Of a stretch of DNA of 35,211 nt, positions 7,843 through 17,034 are shown piece after piece. How positions within the stretch are numbered: the first letter of the stretch is position 1; each line of letters begins with the position of its first letter. A model generated the notes under the pieces. That model searched no databases. It saw nothing but the letters and a program-made list of their open reading frames with translations, and was not told the DNA's origin. The stretch comes from a virus (taxonomy: Duplodnaviria > Caudoviricetes). The stretch spans positions 1 to 35,211 of IMG/VR virus record IMGVR_UViG_3300028025_002403; one strand, given 5' to 3'. The translations under genes and the position numbers were made by a program.

Positions 7843-9407
7843 TGGCTGAGATGAGACTTAAACCAGAAGATGTATTAAAGCGCCATGAGATAGCTCTGCG
7901 CAAAAAAGAGGACTTTAGAGATCTCTATGACGAGGCCTATGAGTTTGCTCTCCCTCAGAGAAATCTGTATGACGGGTATTATGATGGTAAGGTTGGCGGC
8001 GCTAAGAAAATGAACCGCGTCTTTGACGCAACGGCGATCAACTCCACTCAGCGTTTCGCCAACCGATTACAGTCTGGTATTTTCCCTCCTCAGCGTAAAT
8101 GGTGTCGCTTAGAGGCTGGCCCAGATATTCCAGACGATCGTAAAGCCGAGGCTAATGCGGCATTAGATATTTACACCGAAAAGATGTTTGCCACAATCAA
8201 ACAATCTAACTTTGATATTGCGGTTGGTGAGTTTTTGCTAGACCTATCCGTAGGTACTGCGGTAATGATGGTTCAGCCTGGAGATGATATTTCTCCTATT
8301 AACTATATCCCCGTACCGCAATTCTTAGTAGCCTTTGAAGAGGGCGCGAATGGTCAAGTAGATAACGTTTATCGCCGTATGCGCATTAAAGGCGAGGCAA
8401 TTATCCAGCAATGGAAAGATGCCAAAATTCCAGCTGATCTACAAACCAAAATTGATAATAAGCCAACTGAGGACTTTGAACTTATTGAGGCTACGGTATT
8501 TGACCCTGATCGTGGTGATTACACTTACTACGTAATCCATAAAGAGTCTAAGCAAGAGATTGTATATCGTCGTTTAAAGCATAGCCCTTGGGTAGTTAGC
8601 CGTTATATGAAGGTTGCTGGCGAGATCTACGGTCGCGGCCCATTGATTACTGCATTGCCAGACATCAAGACTTTGAATAAGGTTAAAGAGTTAGTATTGA
8701 AAAATGCTAGCTTGGCAATCTCAGGCGTATATACGGCGGCAGATGATGGCGTTCTTAATCCAGCTACCGTCAAGATTATCCCTGGCGCAATTATCCCAGT
8801 AGCGCGTAATGGTGGCCCACAAGGCGAATCATTAAAACCGTTGCCTCGCGCTGGGGATTTCAACGTATCTCAGATCATTATTAACGATCTCGTTATGAAT
8901 ATTAAGCGCATCCTCTTAGATGAGAGCTTGCCGCCTGATAACATGAGCGCCCGTTCTGCTACTGAAGTAGTAGAGCGTATGAAGGAATTAAGCCAAAACT
9001 TAGGCTCAGCTTTTGGTCGTTTGATTAACGAAACGATGATTCCATTGGTTAGCAAGACATTACAAGTAATGGATGAGCGTGGTCTGGTTGATCTGCCATT
9101 ACGGGTTAATGGATTAGAGATTAAGGTCTCTCCAGTAGCTCCATTGGCTATGGCTCAGAATATGGAAGATGTAACCAATACAATGCAGTTTGTACAGATG
9201 GCCGCTCAGTTAGGGCCAGAAGGTCAAGCTACTCCTAAGTATGGTGAAATCATTGACTTCATTGGTGATAAACTTGGCGTACCAACAAAACTAAGGGCAT
9301 CGGCTGAAGAGCGACGCTTTAACATGGAGCAGATGGCGCAACAGGCTCAACAGTTAGCACAAGAAAATCCAGAGGTTGCCGCTGAAGTAGTTAAACAGGG
9401 AATGTAA
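7842..9407 (+). CDS. portal (head-tail connector) protein, T7 gp8/BPP-1 type
   Basis: FDATA, GEIYGRGP...ALPDIKTLN, SATEVVER, LGSAFGRL motifs; 521 aa. Confidence 0.95.
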   Translation: MAEMRLKPEDVLKRHEIALRKKEDFRDLYDEAYEFALPQRNLYDGYYDGKVGGAKKMNRVFDATAINSTQRFANRLQSGIFPPQRKWCRLEAGPDIPDDRKAEANAALDIYTEKMFATIKQSNFDIAVGEFLLDLSVGTAVMMVQPGDDISPINYIPVPQFLVAFEEGANGQVDNVYRRMRIKGEAIIQQWKDAKIPADLQTKIDNKPTEDFELIEATVFDPDRGDYTYYVIHKESKQEIVYRRLKHSPWVVSRYMKVAGEIYGRGPLITALPDIKTLNKVKELVLKNASLAISGVYTAADDGVLNPATVKIIPGAIIPVARNGGPQGESLKPLPRAGDFNVSQIIINDLVMNIKRILLDESLPPDNMSARSATEVVERMKELSQNLGSAFGRLINETMIPLVSKTLQVMDERGLVDLPLRVNGLEIKVSPVAPLAMAQNMEDVTNTMQFVQMAAQLGPEGQATPKYGEIIDFIGDKLGVPTKLRASAEERRFNMEQMAQQAQQLAQENPEVAAEVVKQGM

Positions 9408-9408
9408 A

Positions 9409-9780
9409 ATGCCAGTATTTACAGGAAAATATACTAAGGTAGGTCGCCCATTATGGAGTCCTACTGCTGAAGATATTAAAGATTACGGATTGTCTAAGTA
9501 TGGATTTACCGAAAAATCACAATACTCGGAAATTACCAGAACTATCCCTGTAAGCATGGATAAAGAAGGTAATCCAATGCCAGGCACAAAATGGGTTAAT
9601 GTGCCTAGTGTATTTGATGGTGGAAAAATTATGGATGATGAGGATTTTCTTGCTAAATTTTATAAAGAAAATGATTACAAAGACCCAATCACTAATAAAG
9701 CAATAGAGATGTTTAGTGATGCTGAAACGGCAGTAAAGGCCGCTAAGAATAGATCAGCTAATGAGTTGCTAGACGAATGA
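9409..9780 (+). CDS. hypothetical protein
   Basis: 123-aa ORF between portal and Bbp19-like gene. Confidence 0.7.
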   Translation: MPVFTGKYTKVGRPLWSPTAEDIKDYGLSKYGFTEKSQYSEITRTIPVSMDKEGNPMPGTKWVNVPSVFDGGKIMDDEDFLAKFYKENDYKDPITNKAIEMFSDAETAVKAAKNRSANELLDE

Positions 9781-10064
9781 GTACAAAACTAGAGCAAGCA
9801 ATAACAGACGGATGGGAAGGCTTAAATGAGATATCCCTAGATATTAGGGATTCTCAGCAAGCCGTAGAAGATTTGAATAAGCTATGCCTCAGAGTATTAG
9901 GTACTGAGGATGGCCAAAAGCTCATGGGATGGCTACGTGCCTCCATACTAGAGCAACCAGTCGCCACGCCTGGTAGCGACTCCAGCTATGCTTACTACCG
10001 AGAAGGTCAGAATAGCATCGTTAGAGACCTTGAAGCGCGGCTAATTAAAGCTAGGAAAATGTAA
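9777..10064 (+). CDS. Bbp19-like phage protein
   Basis: GTEDGQKLMGWL...YREGQNSIV; position between portal and scaffold. Confidence 0.7.
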   Translation: MSTKLEQAITDGWEGLNEISLDIRDSQQAVEDLNKLCLRVLGTEDGQKLMGWLRASILEQPVATPGSDSSYAYYREGQNSIVRDLEARLIKARKM

Positions 10065-10066
10065 AA

Positions 10067-10840
10067 ATGGATAACGAAGCGAACCAACCCGCAGATCAAG
10101 GCGGCCTATTGGATTCAGCAACAGTTGATGACAATGCCGCAGAGCAACAAACCCCAGAGCAGACCTCTATTAGCCATCTTGCTCCTAAAGAAGATGACAC
10201 CCCATTAGAGCGCCCTGATTGGTGGCCAGAGAATTTCTGGAAAAAAGAAGGTGCTGAGCCTGACTTAGAAGGCATTGCAAAATCATGGATGGATTTGCGC
10301 AAGCAGATTAGCCAGGGTAAGCATAAGGCGCCAGTTGACGGCAATTATGATGTCTCTGCTTTTGGAGATATCCCTGATACAGACCCAGTAAAAGGACACG
10401 TTTTAAGCTGGGCTAAGGAATATGGCGTATCGCAAGCCGCGCTAGATACCTTGGTTGGTGAAGTAGTTAAAATGGGCGTTAGCAATGTCGAGCAAACCCA
10501 GCAATCATTAGCTCAGGAAAAAGCGGCTTTAGGCCCTAATGCTGATGTTATGATTAAGGGTATGACTGACTGGGCTAGAGGCCTAGTAAACAAAGGCATC
10601 TGGGGTAAGGATGACTTTGAAGAGTTTAAGTACATGGGCGGTACGGCTAATGGTTTAAAAGCCCTAGCTAAGATTAGATCGGCGTATGAGGGTACTCGTA
10701 TTCCTACTCAATCTATGCCAGTTGAAGGCGCTCCATCTAAAGATGAGTTGTATCAGATGGTTGCAGACCCTAAATATAAGTCTGACCCAGCGTACCGAGC
10801 TAAGGTAGAGAAGATGTTTAACTCTACTTTTGGCCAGTAA
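10067..10840 (+). CDS. capsid scaffolding protein
   Basis: acidic N-terminus, RPDWWPENFW, C-terminal DPKYKSDPAYRAKVE; precedes capsid gene. Confidence 0.85.
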   Translation: MDNEANQPADQGGLLDSATVDDNAAEQQTPEQTSISHLAPKEDDTPLERPDWWPENFWKKEGAEPDLEGIAKSWMDLRKQISQGKHKAPVDGNYDVSAFGDIPDTDPVKGHVLSWAKEYGVSQAALDTLVGEVVKMGVSNVEQTQQSLAQEKAALGPNADVMIKGMTDWARGLVNKGIWGKDDFEEFKYMGGTANGLKALAKIRSAYEGTRIPTQSMPVEGAPSKDELYQMVADPKYKSDPAYRAKVEKMFNSTFGQ

Positions 10841-10861
10841 AGTCTCCTCACGAGAGCTTTT

Positions 10862-10887
10862 GCCCCGCCTAGTGCGGGGTTTTTTTT
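10862..10887 (+). terminator. rho-independent terminator
   Basis: CCCCGC-CTAGT-GCGGGG followed by T8. Confidence 0.9.
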
Positions 10888-10918
10888 ACAATAAATTTAA
10901 AATACTTTACAAATAGTG

Positions 10919-10947
10919 TTGTATTTGGGTAACACTTCTGCTAGAAA
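10919..10947 (+). promoter_or_regulatory. candidate sigma70-type promoter for capsid operon
   Basis: TTGTAT-N17-TAGAAA with TG extension, downstream of a terminator, AT-rich upstream. Confidence 0.4.
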
Positions 10948-10952
10948 CTCCA

Positions 10953-11048
10953 TAAGGCATACCATTTAATTGGCCCTTAATGCAGATAGTTCTGACGATT
11001 GGCTAGCGTAACTAGCAAGCATACGGCCCTGGAAGTACAGGCTAACCG
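10953..11048 (+). ncRNA. structured 5' leader of capsid mRNA (candidate cis-regulatory RNA)
   Basis: four stem-loops; two share a GG-C-CC / GG-CWWA-CC 1x4 internal loop. Confidence 0.6.
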
Positions 11049-11097
11049 AAGCAATAAACCTTAATTATTTTGTTTACCTATCTTAGGAGATTTTCAA

Positions 11098-11940
11098 ATG
11101 AGCGTATCTTTATCTAACGCCTTTGTAACTCTATTTGATGCTGAGGTAAAACAGTCCTACCAGGGCAAGGCTATGCTGGTTGGTGCTGTACGTCAGCGTC
11201 GTGGAGTTGAAGGTTCTACTGTTAAATTCCCAAAAGTCGGCAAGGGCGTGGCTACTCCACGTATTAGTCAGACTGATGTAACCCCATTGAACGTTGGCTT
11301 TTCTAACGTTACTTGTACTTTATCTGACTGGAACGCCGCTGAATATAGCGACATTTTCAGCCAAGCTAAAGTGAACTTTGACGAGCGCTCTGAGCTTGTA
11401 CAAGTTTTAGGTAACGCTATTGGCCGTCGTCAAGACCAATTAATTCTTGATGCTTTAGCTGGTTCTAGCACTTCATTGACAGTTAGCAACGATATCGGTG
11501 GTACTGACACCAATATGAACGTAGCTAAATTGCGTGAAGCTAAGAAGTTGTTGGATAAAAACAACGTACCTCCAGAAGGTCGTCATATTATTCTTCACGC
11601 CGCTGGTCTAGCATCATTGTTGTCTGAGACTGCCGTTACATCTTCTGACTTCAATACAGTTAAGGCTTTGGTAGCTGGTGAGATCAACACTTTCCTCGGC
11701 TTTACTTTCCATATCCTTGGCGATCGTTCTGAAGGTGGTTTAGCAATCGATGGTTCTAGCGACCGTACTTGCTTTGCTTTCCATAAAGACTCTATCGGCT
11801 ATGCTGAAGGTATTGCTCCACGCACCGAAATCAATTACATCCCAGAAAAGACATCGTTCTTAGTGAACTCTGTATTCTCTGCTGGTGCTATTGCTATCGA
11901 CGCTGAAGGCATCGTTCAGATCACCGCTCGCGAAGCATAA
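11098..11940 (+). CDS. major capsid protein
   Basis: SNAFVTLFDAEVKQSYQG, NAIGRRQDQLILDAL, VKALVAGEINTFLGFTF; TTAGGAGA RBS; strong codon bias. Confidence 0.92.
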   Translation: MSVSLSNAFVTLFDAEVKQSYQGKAMLVGAVRQRRGVEGSTVKFPKVGKGVATPRISQTDVTPLNVGFSNVTCTLSDWNAAEYSDIFSQAKVNFDERSELVQVLGNAIGRRQDQLILDALAGSSTSLTVSNDIGGTDTNMNVAKLREAKKLLDKNNVPPEGRHIILHAAGLASLLSETAVTSSDFNTVKALVAGEINTFLGFTFHILGDRSEGGLAIDGSSDRTCFAFHKDSIGYAEGIAPRTEINYIPEKTSFLVNSVFSAGAIAIDAEGIVQITAREA

Positions 11941-11957
11941 TTTAAGGAGAACTGAAA

Positions 11958-12230
11958 ATGGCTTATTCCGCAACTGGTTTAGTAACATTAGGTGCATCAA
12001 AATCTGGTAATGCACCATCAATGTTTTTGTACAAAACTGCTGACACACAAGCAACTGTTAATACCGCTGGTTATTTTGCGGCATTAAAAGACTTGATGGA
12101 AGTTGGCGATATCATCTTTATTTATGACACAACTACGCCTAGCCTAGTTTTGACATACGTAAACCAAGTAACTTCAACTTCTGTTGATATTGCTGATGGT
12201 ACAACTGTAAGTGCAACTGATACTGATTAA
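11958..12230 (+). CDS. small structural protein (head decoration/minor capsid candidate)
   Basis: TAAGGAG RBS, directly after MCP, YKTADTQATVNTAGYF...VGDII. Confidence 0.65.
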   Translation: MAYSATGLVTLGASKSGNAPSMFLYKTADTQATVNTAGYFAALKDLMEVGDIIFIYDTTTPSLVLTYVNQVTSTSVDIADGTTVSATDTD

Positions 12231-12246
12231 TAGTATTTAGTATCAA

Positions 12247-12284
12247 AATGGGCTATTTTCTGGTAAAACAGGAAGTAGCCCATT
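12247..12284 (+). terminator. 16-bp hairpin after capsid genes (leaky terminator or mRNA-stabilising stem)
   Basis: AATGGGCTATTTTCTG-GTAAAA-CAGGAAGTAGCCCATT with two G-U pairs; weak U tail. Confidence 0.55.
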
Positions 12285-12302
12285 ATTACATTGGAGAAGT
12301 AA

Positions 12303-12917
12303 ATGGCTAGCGGCGATACCTCACTTTCGATATGTTCTGACGCTTTACTCATGCTCGGCGCTAAGCCGATTTCGTCGTTTGACGAAGGGACAGATGAGGC
12401 CTCAGTTGCTAACCGTCTCTACCCAGATATCCGCGATCAAGCGCTACTGATGTACCCTTGGTCGTTTAGCTTTAAAAAGACCTCTATTGCGCGTTTAATC
12501 TCTACGCCTACCAATGAGTACAAATATGAGTATCAGCTCCCAGGAGACCGTTTAACGAGTCCTAGAGCCGTTTACGATAGCAATGCTACTGGCTTGCCTC
12601 CGCGCAAGGAATATCGCATTATTGGCGATAGGCTTTTAACTGATTACGAGCAAGTCTATATTGACTATCAATATGCCGTACCTGAGTACGATATGCCTAG
12701 CTATTTTGTACAGTTGCTAAAGTACATGATGAGCTGGCATTTAGCCTTACCGATTACAGATCAAACCGAGAAGAGTCAGTACTGGCAAAGCGTTGCAGTA
12801 GGTAGCCCATCTGATAATGGTCGTGGCGGCTACTTGCGTCAGGCTATGAATATTGACGGAGCTGGTAATCCTACAAACGCTATTAATGACTTCTCGTTAA
12901 TTGCGGTGAGATATTAA
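12303..12917 (+). CDS. tail tubular protein A (gp11-like adaptor)
   Basis: SICSDALLMLGAKPISSFDE...YPWSFS...YQLPGD. Confidence 0.9.
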   Translation: MASGDTSLSICSDALLMLGAKPISSFDEGTDEASVANRLYPDIRDQALLMYPWSFSFKKTSIARLISTPTNEYKYEYQLPGDRLTSPRAVYDSNATGLPPRKEYRIIGDRLLTDYEQVYIDYQYAVPEYDMPSYFVQLLKYMMSWHLALPITDQTEKSQYWQSVAVGSPSDNGRGGYLRQAMNIDGAGNPTNAINDFSLIAVRY

Positions 12918-14914
12918 TGGCTCGCTTTGTAAGCATCCAGACTAACTTCTCTACTGGAGAATTAGACCCTTTATTGCGTGCGCGTGTAGATTTAACTGCA
13001 TACGCTAACGCATTAGAAAAAGCTACAAACGTAGTATGTCAACCACAAGGCGGTATTCGCCGTAGGCCTGGCACTAAATATATTACCGCCTTACCTAACT
13101 CTGGTACTGAGTCAGCCGCTAATGGCGTACGTTTAATTGAGTTTGAGTTCTCTACATCTGATAGCTATATGCTTTGCTTTACGCATAATCGGATGTATAT
13201 ATTTAAGAATGAGACTTTAATTACAAATATTAACGGTACGGGTAATCCCTACCTTAATACGTCTGCCGTTGGTTTAGTTGGTTCTGCTTTAGCTAATATT
13301 GTATGGACTCAATCAGCTGATACCCTAATTGTGGTACATCCTGATATCGCTCCAGTTGAGATCGTACGTGGCGCAAATGATGCTAGCTGGACAGTTGGCG
13401 CCGTAGCCTTTGACTCTATTCCTAAATATGCTTTTACTGTATCAGTAACTAATCCAGCTGGTACTTTGACTCCATCTGGCGTATCTGGAAAAGTAACCTT
13501 AACCGCATCATCTAGCGTCTTTACGGCTGGTAGTGTTGGCCAATATGTCAATGCAACTCCACAAGGTCGCGCTAAAATTGTCAAATATAACTCTGGTACT
13601 TCAGTAGATGCAATTACTGAATTCCCATTTTTTAACACTTCTGCTATTGCAAACGGGTCTTGGGACTATGAATCTGGTTACGAATCTGTATGGTCTAGCA
13701 CAAAAGGCTGGCCACGCTCTGTTACTTTCCATGAAGGCCGTCTTTACTTTGGTGGTTCTAAGTCTCGCCCTAGTACTATATGGGGTTCTAAAGTTGGCCT
13801 ATTCTTTGATTTTGAGGCTACTGAAGGTTTAGATGATGACGCAGTTGAGGCTACGCTAGATACCAATACTTTCAATGCGATCGTCGATATTATCTCTGGT
13901 CGCGACTTACAAGTATTTACAACTGGCGGTGAGTTCTACGTACCTCAGAATGGCCTAGACCCAATCACCCCTACTAACTTCTTTGTTAAGACTGCTAGCC
14001 GTAATGGCACTAAGCAAGGTATTCGCGTTCAGCAATTAGAGTCAGGCACTCTATTCGTTCAACGCCAGGGCAAGTCTCTTAATGAGTTTGCCTATACCGA
14101 TACTCAGCTGACTTATGTTACTCAAAAGATCTCATTGCTTGCTGGCCATCTTCTAAAAGACCCTAGCCGTATGTCTTTACGTAGATCAGTTGCAACAGAT
14201 GAGAATGATTTGCTTTTAGTAACCAATGCTACTGATGGCACAATGGCCGTATTCTCATTATTGCGCTCCCAGAATGTGATCGCTCCATCTGAATTTATTA
14301 CGGTTGATGGCTCATTTATAGATGTCAACGTAGATATCTCAACCATCTATACCGTAGTCAAGCGTAATGTAAATGGCGCATTTCAGTACTATGTAGAGTA
14401 CTTTGATAATGATACTTTTACAGATTGTGCTAAGGCTGGGACTGGCGTAGCTAGTTCATTATCTATGGCACATCTAGCTACTGAAACTATCAATATTATT
14501 CTTGATGGTGCAGTACAAGCTAATCAGGCAGTACCAGCTGGCGGTACTGTAACTTTCCCTAGAGCATCTGCAACCAGCTATGAGCTGGGATTACCTATTA
14601 CTGTTTTAGCCACGACGATGCCAGTCGATTTGAAACTCCAAACTGGCACTCGTATTGGTTTTAAAAAGCGTATCGTTGAAGTCAATGCGATTGTGGCTGA
14701 TACCCAGCATATGAAAATTAACGGTACTCAAATTCCATTTAGAGCTTTTGGCGATATCTTAGATCAGCCAGTCGCAGAATATACTGGGACTAAGACTTTA
14801 AATGGAATATTAGGTTACTCGCAAGAGGCAAAAATTACTGTATCTCAGGACATACCTTTAAAGATGACTTTGCTGGGTATGGAGTACAAAGTAGCAACAC
14901 ACCAGGGGACATAA
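12917..14914 (+). CDS. tail tubular protein B (gp12-like nozzle)
   Basis: QTNFSTGELDP...GGIRRRPGT, TQSADTL, GWPRSVTFHEGRL. Confidence 0.92.
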   Translation: MARFVSIQTNFSTGELDPLLRARVDLTAYANALEKATNVVCQPQGGIRRRPGTKYITALPNSGTESAANGVRLIEFEFSTSDSYMLCFTHNRMYIFKNETLITNINGTGNPYLNTSAVGLVGSALANIVWTQSADTLIVVHPDIAPVEIVRGANDASWTVGAVAFDSIPKYAFTVSVTNPAGTLTPSGVSGKVTLTASSSVFTAGSVGQYVNATPQGRAKIVKYNSGTSVDAITEFPFFNTSAIANGSWDYESGYESVWSSTKGWPRSVTFHEGRLYFGGSKSRPSTIWGSKVGLFFDFEATEGLDDDAVEATLDTNTFNAIVDIISGRDLQVFTTGGEFYVPQNGLDPITPTNFFVKTASRNGTKQGIRVQQLESGTLFVQRQGKSLNEFAYTDTQLTYVTQKISLLAGHLLKDPSRMSLRRSVATDENDLLLVTNATDGTMAVFSLLRSQNVIAPSEFITVDGSFIDVNVDISTIYTVVKRNVNGAFQYYVEYFDNDTFTDCAKAGTGVASSLSMAHLATETINIILDGAVQANQAVPAGGTVTFPRASATSYELGLPITVLATTMPVDLKLQTGTRIGFKKRIVEVNAIVADTQHMKINGTQIPFRAFGDILDQPVAEYTGTKTLNGILGYSQEAKITVSQDIPLKMTLLGMEYKVATHQGT

Positions 14915-14918
14915 TATT

Positions 14919-15410
14919 ATGATGGTAGCGGCAGTCGCAATGGCGGCAATATCGGCTTATGGCTCGATTAAAGAAGGTCAAGATAAAAAGAATTACTACA
15001 ATCAGTTAGCGGCGCAGACGCGCGTAGAGACTGAGCGTAAAGCTATTCAATATGAATTTCAAGGTAATCAAATATTGCAACGCACCAATGCGGCTAATGC
15101 GGCGGCTATTGCTAAAGCGTTCTCTGGTGGCGTAAGCGCGTTTGATGGCTCAGCTCAGCTAGTCCAGCAAATAACAAACCAGCGTGGCGGTAAAGAGTTT
15201 ACATTTGCTTTATCTGGTGCTGACTCTGCAAGACGAAATGGTTTAATCCAGGCTAGCTTATATGAAGGCGCTGGCGTAACCGCTGAGCGTACTGGCTACT
15301 TTAATGCCGCTGGTAAATTAGGTAGTGCCGCTATGAGTGCTAGTTCTGCTGGTGGCGCACCTAGCACCCCAGCGCCAGTTACAGATTACAGTACACCATA
15401 TCCAAGCTAA
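14919..15410 (+). CDS. internal virion protein (gp14-like)
   Basis: Ala/Gly-rich, hydrophobic N-terminus, position after nozzle. Confidence 0.7.
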   Translation: MMVAAVAMAAISAYGSIKEGQDKKNYYNQLAAQTRVETERKAIQYEFQGNQILQRTNAANAAAIAKAFSGGVSAFDGSAQLVQQITNQRGGKEFTFALSGADSARRNGLIQASLYEGAGVTAERTGYFNAAGKLGSAAMSASSAGGAPSTPAPVTDYSTPYPS

Positions 15411-15419
15411 GGGTTATTT

Positions 15420-17033
15420 ATGCCATTGCCAATATACCAGCCAACAGGCTACCTACCAGCTGACATACCACGCTTAGATAGAGCAGACGTAAAGGAAAGA
15501 ACTTTACAACTTCAAACTATTGAAGGTTCGCTAGATAAACTATCTCAATTTGCCTTTAAGAAAGTTGGAGAACAAGCTGAGCGTGAAGGTTTGCAATATG
15601 GGGCTGAGAATCAGCCAAGCGCAGAGCAGATCTTAACTGCTCAAAAAGAAGGCAAAAGCATACAAGAGTTATTTGCTCAGCCTGGTACTATCTTTGGTGA
15701 TGCCGCTCGTAAAGTACAAGCCGCTCAGTTGCGTAATGAGTTGGAAGTTAAAGGCCGTAATAAGCTATCTGAGCTATCTGCCGCAGTTGACTCTGGCGCG
15801 TTTAACTTGGCTGACGTGCAAAAAGAAATTACTGCTTTAACTAATGGCTACGGTAAAACCATAGCTAGCATATCTCCAGAGGAGAGTTTGCGGTTTAGAG
15901 CCTCTATGGGTACCGCTGGTAATGCAGTCTATAACAAAGCCGCAGATAGAGCCGCCAAGATTTATCAAGAAGGCGTTAAGTTTAATGCTGATGAAATGGT
16001 ATCTCAGGTACCAACTATTCTTATGGACACAATCGCGGCTGAGAACGACCCAGTATTGCTAGGTGAGCGTTTTAAGGTTGAGGCATCTCGCGTATATGAC
16101 ATTGCTAAACAGACTGGCGACCCGCAGTTTGTTAAAGAAAAGATGGATGACTTTAGCCGCGCTAAGATGGGCGCAATTATTGATTACTCTGTAACTCCAG
16201 CTTTTGCTAAAACTCCAGCTGAGGGTATGCGCAAGATTATGGCTGGCGACTTTGGCAAGCTCGATGTAGTTATGCAGACCGTTGACCGTAATAAGCTAAT
16301 CAAGATGTATATGGATAGAAATGGTCAGATCGCATCTGCATGGAAAAATACTAACGAACTTAATGCCGCAGTAAACGCTGATAAAATGAACTTAGCTGAA
16401 GATGCTTTTTATGCTGGCAAGATTAATGGTACTCAACTATTAGGCACCGCTAGATCATTAGGGATTACCCTACCAGATGAGCAACGCAAGTCTTTGATTA
16501 GCGGTGAAGGAGCTGGAGCTAATCAAGAGCTATTCGGCAAGTTGCAGTCTTTGGCTGATAACCAGCAAGTAGGCGAAAGCTACTTTAATGATTTAGCCAG
16601 CAATAAAGTCATTAGTTGGAAACAAGCTAACGAATTAAAAAAGACAGTACGTAATGACAATCCTGAGATGACTCGCGCTAACCAGTTTATTGCTAACTCT
16701 TTGGGCGTATTGGATTACTCGGTACAAGGTAAAGACGCAGAGAAAAAAGCTATTGCTAACTTGCGTACTCAACTCCAAACCAAGCAACAAGAGGCTAGAG
16801 CAAATGGTGAGGCGTTTAACCCATTCCAAGCCGCTAACGATTTGCTAAAGGGCGAAGAGGCTCAGCAAATTATTAAGACTCAGGAATCTAAGCAAAAGCG
16901 TATTGAGAAAAAGTTTACAGACAATAACCTGACATACGATAAAAACCGTACTTATACTAAAGAAGATTTAGAAAAGATTGGTATTCGTAAATCTGACATT
17001 GACACAATTCTAAGAATACAAAAAGGTATTTGA
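15420..17033 (+). CDS. internal virion (ejectosome) protein, gp15-like position
   Basis: 537 aa, helical composition, synteny. Confidence 0.65.
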   Translation: MPLPIYQPTGYLPADIPRLDRADVKERTLQLQTIEGSLDKLSQFAFKKVGEQAEREGLQYGAENQPSAEQILTAQKEGKSIQELFAQPGTIFGDAARKVQAAQLRNELEVKGRNKLSELSAAVDSGAFNLADVQKEITALTNGYGKTIASISPEESLRFRASMGTAGNAVYNKAADRAAKIYQEGVKFNADEMVSQVPTILMDTIAAENDPVLLGERFKVEASRVYDIAKQTGDPQFVKEKMDDFSRAKMGAIIDYSVTPAFAKTPAEGMRKIMAGDFGKLDVVMQTVDRNKLIKMYMDRNGQIASAWKNTNELNAAVNADKMNLAEDAFYAGKINGTQLLGTARSLGITLPDEQRKSLISGEGAGANQELFGKLQSLADNQQVGESYFNDLASNKVISWKQANELKKTVRNDNPEMTRANQFIANSLGVLDYSVQGKDAEKKAIANLRTQLQTKQQEARANGEAFNPFQAANDLLKGEEAQQIIKTQESKQKRIEKKFTDNNLTYDKNRTYTKEDLEKIGIRKSDIDTILRIQKGI

Positions 17034-17034
17034 G

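Noticed and set aside
10904-10919. Third NrdR-like box ACTTTACAAATAGTGT near the capsid promoter
   Set aside because: Lacks the conserved C4 and T9, has no partner box and lies in AT-rich DNA
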